From: Candidatus Sulfomarinibacteraceae bacterium | GTDB lineage: Bacteria > Acidobacteriota > Thermoanaerobaculia > Thermoanaerobaculales > Sulfomarinibacteraceae | Length of the DNA stretch: 64,000 nt | Direction of reading: 5' to 3' | Assembly (NCBI GenBank): GCA_963796455.1 | Contig: CAWCLO010000003.1 | Coordinates: 256,001 to 320,000 of the forward strand | Shown: in pieces, positions 17,976 through 28,566 of the stretch | How the letters are laid out: each line of letters opens with the position of its first letter | How positions within the stretch are numbered: the stretch's first letter is position 1 | The notes under the pieces: model-generated | The model's database searches: none | Seen by the model: only the letters and a program-made list of their open reading frames with translations | Told to the model about the DNA's origin: nothing | Program-made: the position numbers and the translations under genes

Positions 17976-19898
17976 TCACTCGGGATCGAATGCCGAGGTG
18001 TCGCCGACGCCACAGATCTCGCCGGCCGGGTTGACGTAGACCTGCACGTTCGAGGTCTCGGTATCGGTCACCTCGATCGTATAAACGACGTCCGACAGGG
18101 CTCCATAGAACACCCAGTACTTGTTGTTGATGGGTACCCCGTTGAGCACCTTGACCACCAATTCGAGGTTCTCGCTGTTGAAGAACCAGAATGATCCGGT
18201 GTTGTCGGTACCCGGCACCACGGTGCCGACGCCAGTTTCTCCGTTGCGCTGATTGAGCCAGTCGACCTTGACTTCAAAACGATTGTCGAGCAGACACAGC
18301 GTCTCGGCGTCGGAAACACAGGTTCCGACTTTGGCAGCGGTCTTTGAGGTCACTCTTGTTTCGACATCAAAGACCTCTTCGCTCATCGGCATCACCGAAC
18401 CGACCCGGGCGCTCGCCATCTTGCCTTCGGGGAAGGCCTGGGTATCACCGAGTCCGCAGATGTCTCCGGGCACGTTGCGATACAAGACAACATCTCCATT
18501 GTCGGTATCGGTGGCGATGATCCAGTACTCAACATCCGACAACGCTCCGTAGAAGAGCCAATATGCGCCGGTGAGGGACCGTCCATCGAGCATCTTCACG
18601 ATCAACTCGATGTTGGACTGATTGAAGAACCACACGAATCCACTCTTGTTCGACGCCTCGATTGCTGTGCCGTAATCGTGGTTTCCGGTACGCTGGTCCC
18701 GCCACTCGGTCTCGATCTTGAACCGATTGTCGAGCAGGCAGAGATTGTCGCCACCGGCGGAACAGGTGGTCGAACCATCGTCATCCGTAATGACCACAAC
18801 AGCGGTGTCAAGATCACCGAGGACTGTGCCCGAGGGGTTGGTCAGCGTGAGCCGCACCAGTTTGGATCGTTCCGCGGTGCCGTCATTGGTGATCGGCACG
18901 GTAAAGGTCTTGTCGGCCGTTTCGCCGTCGCTCCACACCAGGGTGCCGGAGACGGAGGAATAATCGGAACCGGCGACGGCGCTGAGGTCTTCGGTCGAGT
19001 AGTCGACCGAAACCTGACCGCTGCTGCCACTGCCCCGGGTCACCGTCACGGTTGCCGAACCACCGTCTTCATCGACAAAGAAACCATCGCCGATGTACTC
19101 GATCCCAACTCCACTGCCATCTTCGACGATCGTCAGCAACATGGAGGATGGGCTACCGAGGACGGCCCCGCCGGTGGGATCCGAGAGTGCAACGTTGACG
19201 GTCGCGCTGACGATTCGTTCAGGGTTGTCGATGATCGGTACCTGAAAGGTCTTGGTGCCGCCCTGGCCGTCGGGCCAATCCAGTGATCCTGTCGTGGCAA
19301 CATAGTCGACCCCGGCAACGGCCGTCCCGTCGCTGGTGCCGTAGGTGACCGAAACCGCACCATCGGTGCCGTCGAATCGCGTCACCCTGATGGTGGCGAA
19401 GGCTTCTGCTCCACCTACACTCTGGGCCGGGCTGTCAAAAAAGAACGCCCCGGCACCACCGTATTTCAGCTGTGTTCTCTCGGCAACGCTGTTGCGGAAA
19501 AAGAATTCGCCATCATTCGCCACGCTGCCCGAGGACCCATCACGAAGCATCACGGAATCGACGACGAGACGGCCGGTCGGGGCCACCCGAAGCATCGAAT
19601 CACCGGCTCCATCCGCGGCGAAGGCAGTGCCGTCGATGACACTTCGATCCCAACCGTTTCCTTTGATGGTAATCACCGAGGTGACGTAGGGCAACGGACT
19701 TTTTAGAACAATTGAATAGTCCGTGGCAAATACGATCTCGTCTGGTTCTGACGTCGAATTCGCACGTTTGATCGCGTCACGCAACGACCCCGCTCCGGAG
19801 TCTGCGTTTGTCGTCACCACCAGAACCTCAGCACCAGCAAGCGGCACCGCGAGGACCGCCACGAAAAAGAGCATCATTGCAACTCGCAACTCTCTCAT
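17976..19898 (-). CDS. Secreted Calx-beta domain protein with two C-terminal Cys/Trp-rich repeats
   Basis: Signal peptide; DSGAGSLRDAI; two Calx-beta units (DGTAVAGVDY, SAVAGSDY); twice CLLDNRF...WFFN..N.EL.VK...YGALSDV. Confidence 0.85.
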   Translation of the reverse strand: MRELRVAMMLFFVAVLAVPLAGAEVLVVTTNADSGAGSLRDAIKRANSTSEPDEIVFATDYSIVLKSPLPYVTSVITIKGNGWDRSVIDGTAFAADGAGDSMLRVAPTGRLVVDSVMLRDGSSGSVANDGEFFFRNSVAERTQLKYGGAGAFFFDSPAQSVGGAEAFATIRVTRFDGTDGAVSVTYGTSDGTAVAGVDYVATTGSLDWPDGQGGTKTFQVPIIDNPERIVSATVNVALSDPTGGAVLGSPSSMLLTIVEDGSGVGIEYIGDGFFVDEDGGSATVTVTRGSGSSGQVSVDYSTEDLSAVAGSDYSSVSGTLVWSDGETADKTFTVPITNDGTAERSKLVRLTLTNPSGTVLGDLDTAVVVITDDDGSTTCSAGGDNLCLLDNRFKIETEWRDQRTGNHDYGTAIEASNKSGFVWFFNQSNIELIVKMLDGRSLTGAYWLFYGALSDVEYWIIATDTDNGDVVLYRNVPGDICGLGDTQAFPEGKMASARVGSVMPMSEEVFDVETRVTSKTAAKVGTCVSDAETLCLLDNRFEVKVDWLNQRNGETGVGTVVPGTDNTGSFWFFNSENLELVVKVLNGVPINNKYWVFYGALSDVVYTIEVTDTETSNVQVYVNPAGEICGVGDTSAFDPE

Positions 19899-20132
19899 TG
19901 TTCCCCCATCACCTATCTTTCGATTGAATGTCTCGATGACACGTCACAATTCGCCAGAATCTTAACACGTAGCCTTTTTTCCACAGAGCAAGGAAAAGTA
20001 ACAACCCCGTAAAAATGCTGTGAACCAGGTTCTCTTCGTGGTCCTCGGTGATCACGGTCACCGGACTCGTCAACGACGGCCTTACTGGCGTTTACGCCAC
20101 AGGCACCCCGAATGTTTAGGCTCTCGAGCGAA

Positions 20133-21653
20133 TCAATCGTCAAAACGGCCTTTTGGCGGCTTGATCACAGCGCCCGAGGCAACTGTTATACGAAGAAAAC
20201 GGCCCTGGCTGAGCCGCGACAGCCACCATTCACCCACCTCGAAGCTGACCATCGATTCCGCATCCGCGACAAAATCGCCGTTGACGGCGTCAAAAACGGC
20301 AACGGTGAGAAATGGCGGTGGGGCGATCGTTTCGGAGCCGATCTGAGAATCAAAGAGCACGGTAAAGGGAATGTCGGCGCGAGAGCGCTGATAGTCAAAG
20401 AATGCTGCGAGGGTTCGGTCAGCGACGATGACGGCCCCTCGCTGACCCGCCTCGTGCATCGCCATGGACACACCCTGCACCGCCGGAGATTCGAATCGGC
20501 GGTACTCGCCGAGTGCCGGTTGGGCGGCAACAAAGCTCATCAAACAGAGGGCTGTGACGAACAGAGTCGTCCATCCTTTGCAGAGGGCCGCCATCCCGAG
20601 GACCGCAAAACCCGAGCCCAGCGCCACAATCGGCAGAAAATAGCGGACATTCCCGGCATACGAAAAGCCAGCAACTGCCACCACAATCGGAAGGAGCCCA
20701 AAAAAGGCTGCGACCACCCCGGCCGGGAGATTCGTGCGCTGGCGAAAGAGAAGGGCAAAACCCAGGATCACGAGCCCGCTCCACAAAACGGCGAGAGCCG
20801 GCAGTAGGAAGGCCCGCGCCAGCCCCATTTCGGAGTATTGCAGGGTGGCGCCTGCCAGGCTGCCGAAGTGGTATTGGCGGTGCTCGGTCATCGCCTGCTG
20901 CAGGGGCCCCAAACCGCCGGCGTCGATTGCGACAAGCGCAAAGCCTCCCAGGACCAGTGCCGCCAGCGGCACTGACACCGACAACCGCTCTCTCCGGCTT
21001 TTTGAAATCACCATTCGATAGACCGCGATGGCGGCCACCGCCGGGACCAGGTGGGGACGGACCAGAAGACAGCATCCGGCCATGATCGATCCCGTAGCCC
21101 CACCTCGCGCTCCACCGTCATTCCGAAGCCAGAATGCGAGGCTGGCAGCAAGGAGCGCTGTCGCCAGAGGACCACTGAACGCACGACTGCTGAGAAACAG
21201 GGTCGATGGTGTGAAGAGGTAAAGGAGGGAGCCGGCTATCGCCAGATCCCGGCGAAGCCAGAGATTGAAGAGGGCGGTGAGCGGAAATATCACCCACAGA
21301 CTCGCCGCCCAGCTGACGATCTGAAGCGCTCGCGCAGGGTCATCCACCATCAGGTGAACCACTTTCCCGAGACCGATCCAGAGCGGAAACCACGGCGGAT
21401 GGGGGTGGTTGGCGGTGGCATCGAAATCGACCACCGCAGCCGCGAAATAGGCTTCGTCCTGTTCCCAGATCGATGCCGGAAAGGCAACGGTCCGCGAAAA
21501 AACAATGACCGCCAGAAGCAGGATCGTCGCGCCGACGTCGAGTCGCCGATTCGAGAGACCAAACAAGGAGACCGAAAAAATCGGGTTCGACGGCCCGAGG
21601 GTCTCGGATGGTGCCCACCACGGACTGCGAAGCGCTTCTGAAGAGATCGTCAT
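20133..21653 (-). CDS. Polytopic membrane protein, GT-C-fold glycosyltransferase-like
   Basis: Many TM helices; first loop WEQDE...HPPWFPLW; later RYFLP. Confidence 0.6.
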   Translation of the reverse strand: MTISSEALRSPWWAPSETLGPSNPIFSVSLFGLSNRRLDVGATILLLAVIVFSRTVAFPASIWEQDEAYFAAAVVDFDATANHPHPPWFPLWIGLGKVVHLMVDDPARALQIVSWAASLWVIFPLTALFNLWLRRDLAIAGSLLYLFTPSTLFLSSRAFSGPLATALLAASLAFWLRNDGGARGGATGSIMAGCCLLVRPHLVPAVAAIAVYRMVISKSRRERLSVSVPLAALVLGGFALVAIDAGGLGPLQQAMTEHRQYHFGSLAGATLQYSEMGLARAFLLPALAVLWSGLVILGFALLFRQRTNLPAGVVAAFFGLLPIVVAVAGFSYAGNVRYFLPIVALGSGFAVLGMAALCKGWTTLFVTALCLMSFVAAQPALGEYRRFESPAVQGVSMAMHEAGQRGAVIVADRTLAAFFDYQRSRADIPFTVLFDSQIGSETIAPPPFLTVAVFDAVNGDFVADAESMVSFEVGEWWLSRLSQGRFLRITVASGAVIKPPKGRFDD

Positions 21654-21744
21654 ATCGAAGTCACCACAGTGTATTGCATCACCGCACCGCATCTCCACGC
21701 ACCCGAGACAACGGGATTCGGCGCAAGGTAGTAGGATCGCTTCG

Positions 21745-22431
21745 ATGACAACGTACTCGGTCCACGCGCACGAAATCCATCTCCGGTGGTCCTCGATGAC
21801 TGAGGCTGAGGGGCGAATCGACGCATTGCGACGTCTGCTCGAGGAGCGGGAACTCGACAGGGCCGATCGTTTCCGGGTCGAGAAGGCTCGCCGCCGATTC
21901 ATCAACGCCCGAGCCGCGCTGCGTCTGGTTCTCGGTGAATTTGTCGCTTCACGTCCTGAAGAGATCGTGTTTTGTTATGGAAAACGCGGCAAACCACGGC
22001 TCCCGGGTAGCGATCTCTACTTCAATGCCAGCGATTCAGGAGACATCGTGGTCATCGGGCTTGCCGGTGAGGAACTCGGCGTTGATCTCGAGATGCGTCG
22101 TCCCCTCGGCCGTCCCGAGCAGCTGGCCCGCCGGGTCTGTGCGGCGACCGAGCTGGAGACCTGGCGCAACCTCCCGGAGGCGCTGCAAAACCCGGTGCTC
22201 CTCCGGCTCTGGACCTGTAAAGAAGCGATCCTCAAGGCGGTCGGGACCGGTCTCAGCGGAGGACTGACGAATGCCGTGGTCGATCTGCAACCCGACGGGT
22301 CGACCCCGAGAGGGGCTTTTTTTGACGACGAATTGACCCTGCTTCCGATCCAAATTCCCGCCGACGTCGTCGGGACCGTCGCGATCCGCGGCGCCGGATG
22401 GTCGATGGTTCATTCTCGGATGCAGCTCTGA
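21745..22431 (+). CDS. 4'-phosphopantetheinyl transferase (Sfp-type)
   Basis: GKP, FNASDS, LGVDLE and WTCKEAILKAVGTGL motifs. Confidence 0.92.
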   Translation: MTTYSVHAHEIHLRWSSMTEAEGRIDALRRLLEERELDRADRFRVEKARRRFINARAALRLVLGEFVASRPEEIVFCYGKRGKPRLPGSDLYFNASDSGDIVVIGLAGEELGVDLEMRRPLGRPEQLARRVCAATELETWRNLPEALQNPVLLRLWTCKEAILKAVGTGLSGGLTNAVVDLQPDGSTPRGAFFDDELTLLPIQIPADVVGTVAIRGAGWSMVHSRMQL

Positions 22432-22614
22432 TAGGATCATTCGGTGATGCACACGGCCCAGACCGCAGGCAATTGGCGCCGCCTCAACACGACCGGTTAT
22501 TACGCCGGTTCCATTCGGTGCCAGTGGCCTTCTGTCTGAGGATATTTCAGAGGGCCCGCTGGCAACGGCGGGGCCTCGACCCCGCCTGGCCCGCAGCCCT
22601 CCCAAGGAGCCCCC

Positions 22615-23751
22615 ATGCGGACCGACGAAACTTCCCAAACCGGCACCGAGATGCTCGACCAACACCGGCGAGATATCGAGGCCCTGGATCGCCGCATCCT
22701 GCACCTGGTCTGTGAACGGCTCGAACTGGCGCGACAGATCGGCGAACTCAAACAGAGCTCCGGCGTTCCCCTTCGCAACTTCAAGGTCGAAGCGGAGGTC
22801 TACCGTCGTTTTGAAGATGCCAGCAAGTACCTCGGTCTCGACGAAGTCGTCGGTCGCGATCTGGCGAAATATCTGATCGGGAAAGCGGTCGAGGAACAGG
22901 CGGCCCACCGCGACACGGTTTATCAGGGCAATGCGTTACGAACTCTGGTGGTCGGCGGCAAGGGAGGCATGGGCCGCTGGATCGCGCGTCTGCTCCAGGG
23001 GCAGGGCCACCGTGTCAGGATTTTCGACCCCGATCCGGGTGACAGTCCGCTGACCGAGGTCGACGATCTCGAAACGGCCGCACCCGAAGCGGACCTCATT
23101 ATCCTGGCAGTGCCGATGACTGCCTGCGCAAAGGTTCTGAAAGAGCTTTCCGCCCTCCAGGTAGGTGGTGTCATTGCGGAGATGTGCAGCCTCAAGGCCC
23201 ACCTCCAGCCCCTGATGGATTCCCTCCGCGAAGACGGCATGCGTCTGGTGTCCTTCCACCCCCTGTTCGGTCCCGATGTGAGGATGCTGTCCGGGCGCAC
23301 CATCGTCTTTTGCGATGAGGCCCGGGCGCAAGACATCGAGGTTGTCCGCGGGCTCTTCACCGAGACCTCGGCCCGCCTCGTCCAGATGTCGATCGCAGAA
23401 CACGATCGGAGGATGGGACTGGTCCTCGGTCTGACCCACCTCGCCAATCTGGTTTTTGCCCGCGCCCTCTCCCACTCCGAACTCCCGGCCGAGGATCTGG
23501 CCGAAGTGGCCGGCGTGACCTTCAAGAAACAACTCGGAACAACCGGCGAAGTGGCATCGGAGAACCCCGGTCTCTACTTCGAGATCCAGGCCCTCAACAA
23601 GCTCACACCGGAGACCGGCCGCTGGTTGCGTCGGGCGCTCGACGAGTGGCTGAGCGTGGTCGAAAACAATGATGCCGCGGCGTTCACCGAACTTATGACC
23701 TCGTGCAACGAGTATCTCGAAGGAACGCGGCTCGAGGGGACCGGTCCGTGA
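22615..23751 (+). CDS. tyrA: Bifunctional chorismate mutase / prephenate dehydrogenase
   Basis: N-terminal AroQ-like RRDIEALDRRIL; VVGGKGGMG, SFHPLFGP and EHDRRM motifs. Confidence 0.88.
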   Translation: MRTDETSQTGTEMLDQHRRDIEALDRRILHLVCERLELARQIGELKQSSGVPLRNFKVEAEVYRRFEDASKYLGLDEVVGRDLAKYLIGKAVEEQAAHRDTVYQGNALRTLVVGGKGGMGRWIARLLQGQGHRVRIFDPDPGDSPLTEVDDLETAAPEADLIILAVPMTACAKVLKELSALQVGGVIAEMCSLKAHLQPLMDSLREDGMRLVSFHPLFGPDVRMLSGRTIVFCDEARAQDIEVVRGLFTETSARLVQMSIAEHDRRMGLVLGLTHLANLVFARALSHSELPAEDLAEVAGVTFKKQLGTTGEVASENPGLYFEIQALNKLTPETGRWLRRALDEWLSVVENNDAAAFTELMTSCNEYLEGTRLEGTGP

Positions 23752-24863
23752 GAACCATCGATACCATCATCGCGGCCCTCGATGGCCACGGCCCGCCAAC
23801 ATCCTCGTGGCTCGTCGGGGAGCCCTGTGTGGCTCCTCCAGGTGTTTTGTGCGAGGCCTTTCAACGTGCCGCACGGTCCGCCCGTTTCCCCTATCCGCCG
23901 ATCGGTGGATTGCCCCAGCTTCGTGAGGTGCTCGCGAGTCGCCACCGAGAAGGCGGGTCGACCGTGGATCCGAAACAGGTTGTTGTGACCGCGGGCGCCA
24001 AGGGTGGATTGTTTGCTGTGTTGGCCGCCTTGCTCGAGCCCGGCGACGAACTCATTCACCCCCGGCCCTGTTATCCCGCGTATCCCAAGATGGCGAGCCG
24101 GCTCGGGGCACGGCCCATCGCTGTTGCGGAGGACGCCGGGTCTTTTGCAGACTGGGCGTCTTCGGTCGCCGAGAAAATCACCGCACAGACCCGCGCGGTC
24201 ATCCTTGCCACGCCTTCCAATCCATCCGGTTCGACTCTCACCGGCAAGGATGCGGCCGAACTGGTCGACATCTGTCGCCGCAAAAATATCCGACTCATCT
24301 GCGATGAGGCCTACGGGGACTTCCGGTTCAGGAATGCCGATGACGATCTGGCTGCGGACTTCGACCCCTCAAGAGAAACTGTCATCCAGATCCGAAGCGT
24401 GTCCAAAAGCTGGGCCTTGTGTGGTTGGCGCGTCGGTTGGGTGGTGGCCGATCCGGTGTTTGCTGCGAGGGTTGCAAGCTGCCACGCATCGTTTTTGAAT
24501 CCGGCATCGGGGCCGGCCCAGGAGGCCCTCCTCGCCCTACCGGATATCCCCGAGAACTACCTCTCCGATGCCAGAGAAGTTGTCGCGGGGCGAATCACCG
24601 ATGTCCGCCGGTCCCTCGAAGCGGTGGGGCTCGAACCCAAATCGCCGGGGGGCGGCTTCTACCTCTGGTTCGATATCGGACACATCACATCAGCATCGGT
24701 CACCGCGACCAGATGGTGTCGCGATCTGGCCGAGACCGAGGGAGTGGGCCTCTGGCCCGGCGAAGATTTTCAAGGACCGGATTACGTGCGTCTCTCGGTG
24801 ACAGGGCCGTCCGATGCTTCGTGGCAGCAATCCCTCGATCAACTCGTCTCGGCTCTTGGGTGA
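23748..24863 (+). CDS. PLP-dependent aminotransferase class I/II
   Basis: PSNPSG, DEAY and SVSKSWALCGWRVG motifs; GTGA overlap with tyrA. Confidence 0.9.
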   Translation: MRTIDTIIAALDGHGPPTSSWLVGEPCVAPPGVLCEAFQRAARSARFPYPPIGGLPQLREVLASRHREGGSTVDPKQVVVTAGAKGGLFAVLAALLEPGDELIHPRPCYPAYPKMASRLGARPIAVAEDAGSFADWASSVAEKITAQTRAVILATPSNPSGSTLTGKDAAELVDICRRKNIRLICDEAYGDFRFRNADDDLAADFDPSRETVIQIRSVSKSWALCGWRVGWVVADPVFAARVASCHASFLNPASGPAQEALLALPDIPENYLSDAREVVAGRITDVRRSLEAVGLEPKSPGGGFYLWFDIGHITSASVTATRWCRDLAETEGVGLWPGEDFQGPDYVRLSVTGPSDASWQQSLDQLVSALG

Positions 24864-24933
24864 CATGGATCATCGATCTTCAGGTATAGTCGGGCAACCG
24901 GGCCGATTCCCGGAAGGGGCAATGGAGGATGTT

Positions 24934-26235
24934 ATGAAATCTCGTTTTCTGGTTTGTTTTGCGATCACGCTTGTGAGCCTCGGTTTGGCGGCTACGGTTG
25001 TGGCCGATGAGCCGCAAAAAGACCGTCTGACCTATGTGGAAAAGACGAAATACCCGGTCATGGATGAGATGAAGGAAGCCAGCGACGCACAACAGAAGGC
25101 CGCCGAAGCCGAGACTGCGGAGATCCTCGCCCAGGTGAGCGAAGCAAAAAAGGCGCGTGACGAGGCCAAGCGAGAGCTGCGTTTCGACATGACGGGGATC
25201 GACCGGCCCGCAGCCCCCGGTTCGTTTGCAACTCAGGCCTGGCATTTTCCACCCACACCGCAATACCGTACCGGGACATGCTGGAGCTTTGCCACCACCT
25301 CGTTCATGGAATCGGAGATCTATCGCCAATCCGGTCATGAGATCAAGCTTTCGGAGATGTGGACCGCGTACTGGGAGTTCGTCAACAAGGCGCGCGGTTT
25401 TGTCGCGACGCGAGGTGAGTCGTACCTGGGTCAAGGCTCACAGTCAAACGCTCTTTTGCGTGTATATCGGGAACACGGCGTGGTCCCACGATCCGCCTAC
25501 GAAGGCGTCCTGGCAGAAGATGGGCGTTTCGATCACAACGGGATGATGGACCAGATCAAGGCCTTTCTCCATTGGTGCCGCGACAACGACTATTGGAACG
25601 AAGAGGTCATCATCGGCTGTGTTCGCCTCATCCTCGATTCGACCATGGGCCGGCCGCCGGAGCATGCCGAGTGGAAAGGATCAAAGATCGATCCACAAGC
25701 GTTTCTCGCCGATGTCTGCGGCATCGACCCCGATGACTATGTGAGTTTGATCTCCACTCTTTCCATTCCGTTCTGGACGCTCGGTTCTTACGCCGTACCC
25801 GACAACTGGTGGCACGATACGAGCTATATCAACGTTCCGCTGGATACTTTTTATGGGGTGATCAAGGACGCCGCGGCCGCCGGTCAGAGCCTGGTCATCG
25901 GCGGGGATGTATCGGAACCGGGACTATGGGGTCTTCAGGACGTGGCGCTCGTCCCGACCTTCGACATTCCTCAGGCCTATATCGACCAGGATTCGCGGGA
26001 GTTACGTTTTGTCAATCGATCGACGACCGACGATCACCTCATCCACGTGCTTGGCGTGACCCGAATCGACGACCACGACTGGTTCCTCATCAAGGACTCC
26101 AACCGGTCCTCGCGCGCCGGCCAATTCGAGGGTTACTACTTCTTCAGGGACGATTACATTCGCTTGAAGATACTCATGACAACGGTCCACCGCGACTGGG
26201 TTGCCGAGATCATCAAGCGAGTCGACGCCGAGTAG
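24934..26235 (+). CDS. Secreted C1-family cysteine peptidase (aminopeptidase C-like)
   Basis: Signal peptide; QYRTGTCWSF catalytic Cys motif; TTDDH; GGAGG RBS. Confidence 0.87.
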   Translation: MKSRFLVCFAITLVSLGLAATVVADEPQKDRLTYVEKTKYPVMDEMKEASDAQQKAAEAETAEILAQVSEAKKARDEAKRELRFDMTGIDRPAAPGSFATQAWHFPPTPQYRTGTCWSFATTSFMESEIYRQSGHEIKLSEMWTAYWEFVNKARGFVATRGESYLGQGSQSNALLRVYREHGVVPRSAYEGVLAEDGRFDHNGMMDQIKAFLHWCRDNDYWNEEVIIGCVRLILDSTMGRPPEHAEWKGSKIDPQAFLADVCGIDPDDYVSLISTLSIPFWTLGSYAVPDNWWHDTSYINVPLDTFYGVIKDAAAAGQSLVIGGDVSEPGLWGLQDVALVPTFDIPQAYIDQDSRELRFVNRSTTDDHLIHVLGVTRIDDHDWFLIKDSNRSSRAGQFEGYYFFRDDYIRLKILMTTVHRDWVAEIIKRVDAE

Positions 26236-26425
26236 AGATCTACAGTCTCGGCTTCGATTCCAGGAGTGGGTTTTTCCAAATCCGCTCGAGCGGTTTGCAA
26301 CCGTAAAGATCAGAAGTGAGCAATGAGTTTCGCCAGAACCGCCTGAGAAAAATCCTTGCGCCGGCTTCGCGGACTTTGCGTCTTCGCGTTTGCAAGGCCA
26401 ATGACACGGGTGGCTCGCTTCGGAT

Positions 26426-27223
26426 TCAGTCGTCGCCTTCGAGCCAATCGGGTGTGCTTTTGGTCTCGAGAAACGCCCGGACGCCGGTTCGGCAATCCGG
26501 ATCCATCCGCTGGCTGATATTTGCCTCGGCCGCAACCTCCAGCGCCTCGCGCCACCCAAGACCCACCGTCTCGTTGAGGAGCGCTTTGGTGGCCGCCAGG
26601 GCGGAAGGAGAGGCCTTGGCGCACACCGAGCGGGCAAGCGCGACCGCCGCCTCGATGCAACCGCCGTTCGGTGCCAACTCGTCCGCCAGACCGAGAGCCA
26701 CCGCACGTTCGCCATTGATCATCTCCGGATCGAGGAGCAGTCGCCGGGCGACGTGGCCCGGGACCCTCCGGGTTAGAAACGTCAGCACCATCGCGGCCAG
26801 AAAGCCGATCTTGACCTCGGTATAGGCGAAGCGGGCGCCGGGCTCGGCAACGACAAGATCGCAGGCCGTCGCGAGCCCGCAACCGCCGGCCACTGCCGCG
26901 CCGTGAACCGCGGCCACGGTCAGTTTTGGGTGGCCGATCAAGACCTCGAAGAGCCGACGCAGGTGTTCGGTGTCCCGACGAGCCGCCTCCTCGTCTCCAC
27001 CAGTCGCCAGCGCTTCGAGCGCTGAAAGATCGGCGCCGGCTGAAAAATGCTGACCGGATCCGGTCAAGACGACCGCACGGATGGTGTCATCGGTTGCGGC
27101 GCCTGCCAACGCGGTTCGCAAAGCCTCGACCATGGCGGAGGACAATGGATTCGCCCGTTTGGGATCGTTGAGAGAAAGAACCACCACCGGTCCGTCGCGA
27201 TGTTTCAATACCTGTTCGGTCAT
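26426..27223 (-). CDS. Enoyl-CoA hydratase/isomerase family (methylglutaconyl-CoA hydratase-like)
   Basis: FSAGADL, GAAVAGGCGL and EVKIG motifs. Confidence 0.9.
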   Translation of the reverse strand: MTEQVLKHRDGPVVVLSLNDPKRANPLSSAMVEALRTALAGAATDDTIRAVVLTGSGQHFSAGADLSALEALATGGDEEAARRDTEHLRRLFEVLIGHPKLTVAAVHGAAVAGGCGLATACDLVVAEPGARFAYTEVKIGFLAAMVLTFLTRRVPGHVARRLLLDPEMINGERAVALGLADELAPNGGCIEAAVALARSVCAKASPSALAATKALLNETVGLGWREALEVAAEANISQRMDPDCRTGVRAFLETKSTPDWLEGDD

Positions 27224-27237
27224 GGATTCATCCTAAC

Positions 27238-28335
27238 TCATCGTCCAGCGGCCCGTTGATAGACAGCCAGCAGCTGTGGCAGGACGGTTTCGGACGCAAA
27301 CAGGTTGGCGCGTTCATAACCTCTTTCACGGAGACGACGGCGGAGGTCGCGATTCGAAATCACCGCTTCGAGAGCCCCCGCCAGATCAGCGGAGTCTTCC
27401 GGATCGATATAGAGCGCTGCCTCGCCAGCGACCTCGGGCAACGACGATCTCCCCGAGGTCACAACCGGCGCGCCACACGCCATTGCCTCGGCTACCGGCA
27501 GACCGAATCCTTCAGCCAGGGAGGGAAAGACAAATGCTCTGGCACGGCGGTACAGGGATGCCAGAGAATCATCCGAAACTTCACCGATCGGCACGACCCA
27601 ACCGCGCTGTGCCATGGATTCGAGACGCTGTCGAACTTCGCCCTGCTTCCATCCTGTCGCAGCCACCACCACCAGCTGGTGCGACCTTTTGATGCCCTCG
27701 GCAAGTTGTTCCCACGCATCGGCGAGCCGCCCGATGTTCTTTCGTGGTTCGAGGCTCCCGACCGCAAGCACATAGGGACGGTTGATGCCGAGTGACCGCG
27801 CCGCCTCGAGATCCGCCTGGGCATCACCCGCCGGCGTGAAGTTCCGACCGATGATCGGCGGCACGACCTCGATTGTTTCAGGAGGGACGGCCAGCAGGCG
27901 GAGGGCCTCACGGCGGGTGGCCTCGGAAACCGACAACAAGATTGCGCCCCGGGCCAGGGCCTCGGAGAGCGAGGTCAAGGTCCGCACCCGATTGCCGATG
28001 ACGTGGTATTCGGGATGACTGAGGGCCGTCAGGTCGTGCAGGGTAAAGATATGGCACGGTGCCCCCGGCTCCGGCATCGCAAAACCGGGGGCATGGAAAA
28101 GATCGAGCTTCTCGAGCTCGTCGCGATCGGGCTGGGCAGTGACCACCCGTGACGGCAGCTCTCCGAAGACGTCTTCATAGAGCTTGCGCCGGGGCGCACG
28201 ACCATCGAGATCGAAGAGCACCAGGTCATGATCGACACCCGGGGTCGAGAGCGCTCGCACCAGTTCGCGGGTGAATGTGGTCACCCCGCCCTTGCCATGC
28301 AGCACCCGACCGACGTCAATCCCGATCCGCATCAA
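27238..28335 (-). CDS. Glycosyltransferase family 4
   Basis: GSLEPRKN and EGFGLPVAEAMACG motifs. Confidence 0.93.
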   Translation of the reverse strand: MMRIGIDVGRVLHGKGGVTTFTRELVRALSTPGVDHDLVLFDLDGRAPRRKLYEDVFGELPSRVVTAQPDRDELEKLDLFHAPGFAMPEPGAPCHIFTLHDLTALSHPEYHVIGNRVRTLTSLSEALARGAILLSVSEATRREALRLLAVPPETIEVVPPIIGRNFTPAGDAQADLEAARSLGINRPYVLAVGSLEPRKNIGRLADAWEQLAEGIKRSHQLVVVAATGWKQGEVRQRLESMAQRGWVVPIGEVSDDSLASLYRRARAFVFPSLAEGFGLPVAEAMACGAPVVTSGRSSLPEVAGEAALYIDPEDSADLAGALEAVISNRDLRRRLRERGYERANLFASETVLPQLLAVYQRAAGR

Positions 28336-28566
28336 TCAGGTTTCCCGGTCTCTCGAGCACTCGCGCCGCAGTCCTTCGAGATGTTGGAGAAGAGCTTCGC
28401 CGGTGGCCCGGGAGAGCCGTCCATCGGCCATCGCCGCTGCCACCTCCGCCTCGGATCCAGCCAGCTGCCGCCTCCACTTCCACCTTCGCGCGATCGGTCG
28501 CAGTGCCGCGAGACCGATCACCGCCGCGGCCATCACGAGCACCAAGATTGGCAGGACCCAGGTCAT
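28336..28566 (-). CDS. Small membrane-anchored hypothetical protein
   Basis: Fills the gap between two GT genes with a 4-nt overlap and an abutting junction; one TM helix. Confidence 0.65.
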   Translation of the reverse strand: MTWVLPILVLVMAAAVIGLAALRPIARRWKWRRQLAGSEAEVAAAMADGRLSRATGEALLQHLEGLRRECSRDRET

